Positions 63,526-64,000 of a stretch of 64,000 nt of DNA are shown piece by piece. The notes beneath the pieces were generated by a model. It had not been told where the DNA came from. It made no database searches and saw only the letters and a list, made by a program, of their open reading frames with translations. The first letter of the stretch is position 1; every line of letters starts with the position of its first letter. The translations under genes were made by a program, and so were the position numbers. Origin of the DNA: Bugula neritina (Eukaryota; Animalia; Bryozoa); contig OZ037768.1 of the NCBI GenBank assembly GCA_964035545.1, positions 24,399,319 to 24,463,318 on the forward strand. The letters run 5' to 3'.

Positions 63526-64000
63526 GTAAGTACCAAGTTAAGACTACTGTAAGTATTGACATGTTTGTATGTATGTTAGATTTAGTTGTGTAATTTTGAT
63601 GTTAATTACGTGCCACAGGACTCAAAATATATAGAATAAGGGAATGACATCGGTACTTAATCTTGATAGTTTGATTCAAGCTCCGCACAGAAGGGACGTC
63701 AAAAAATTCTTCGTTAAGTGATTAATAATTGCAAGAATATTTCTATGCAAGTAACCAGTGACTTGAATCTAAGTTCTTAAAAAAACCTAAAAACAAACAA
63801 ACATTAATAGGGTATTGCTCTTACTGCAGTCAAGTCACATACTATATGGAAATTTAACGCCCACTTACTGAGCTATCAAGTTGCTACTAACTGTAATATA
63901 ACATGGATATAGTTGAAAGTCCTATGAAGGATGTAGAGTTTACTAAAGTAGACCTAGTAGTGCAGTGTGCAAGGTCCCCCATGTAGTACTGATGGTGGTA

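Overview
AT-rich, intron-dense eukaryotic (invertebrate-like) genomic DNA; no rRNA, CRISPR or intact tRNA is supported. Gene models were built by hand from GT-AG boundaries and codon phase. In order: (1) a minus-strand orphan ORF with PxDLS-type motifs and a Pol II CTD-like heptad repeat (4256-5107); (2) a 92-aa two-exon orphan (7796-8331, -); (3) a divergent TRPV-family channel (10118-18183, -); (4) a type I membrane protein SP-CTL-CCPx4-CTL-CCPx5-TM (19731-31556, +); (5) a ~1750-aa ankyrin + pseudokinase + KEN protein with RNase L domain order but with kinase and RNase catalytic residues replaced (32330-46095, -); (6) an uncharacterised multi-exon gene (48458-58803, -); (7) MSL1 (59352-61807, -); (8) the first coding exon of PIP4K2 (63406-63525, +). 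Also present: a tRNA-derived SINE with a 19-bp TSD, two MITE-like elements and more than 20 minisatellites. Most long ORFs in the supplied track are translated minisatellites. Two things stand out. First, many arrays are amplified copies of the exon-intron junction itself, giving up to ~34 tandem splice donors; two of these would add in-frame Gly-X-Y (collagen-like) segments to the lectin receptor. Second, the RNase L-like protein appears to be a double pseudoenzyme. All family comparisons are from recalled motifs; no searches were run.
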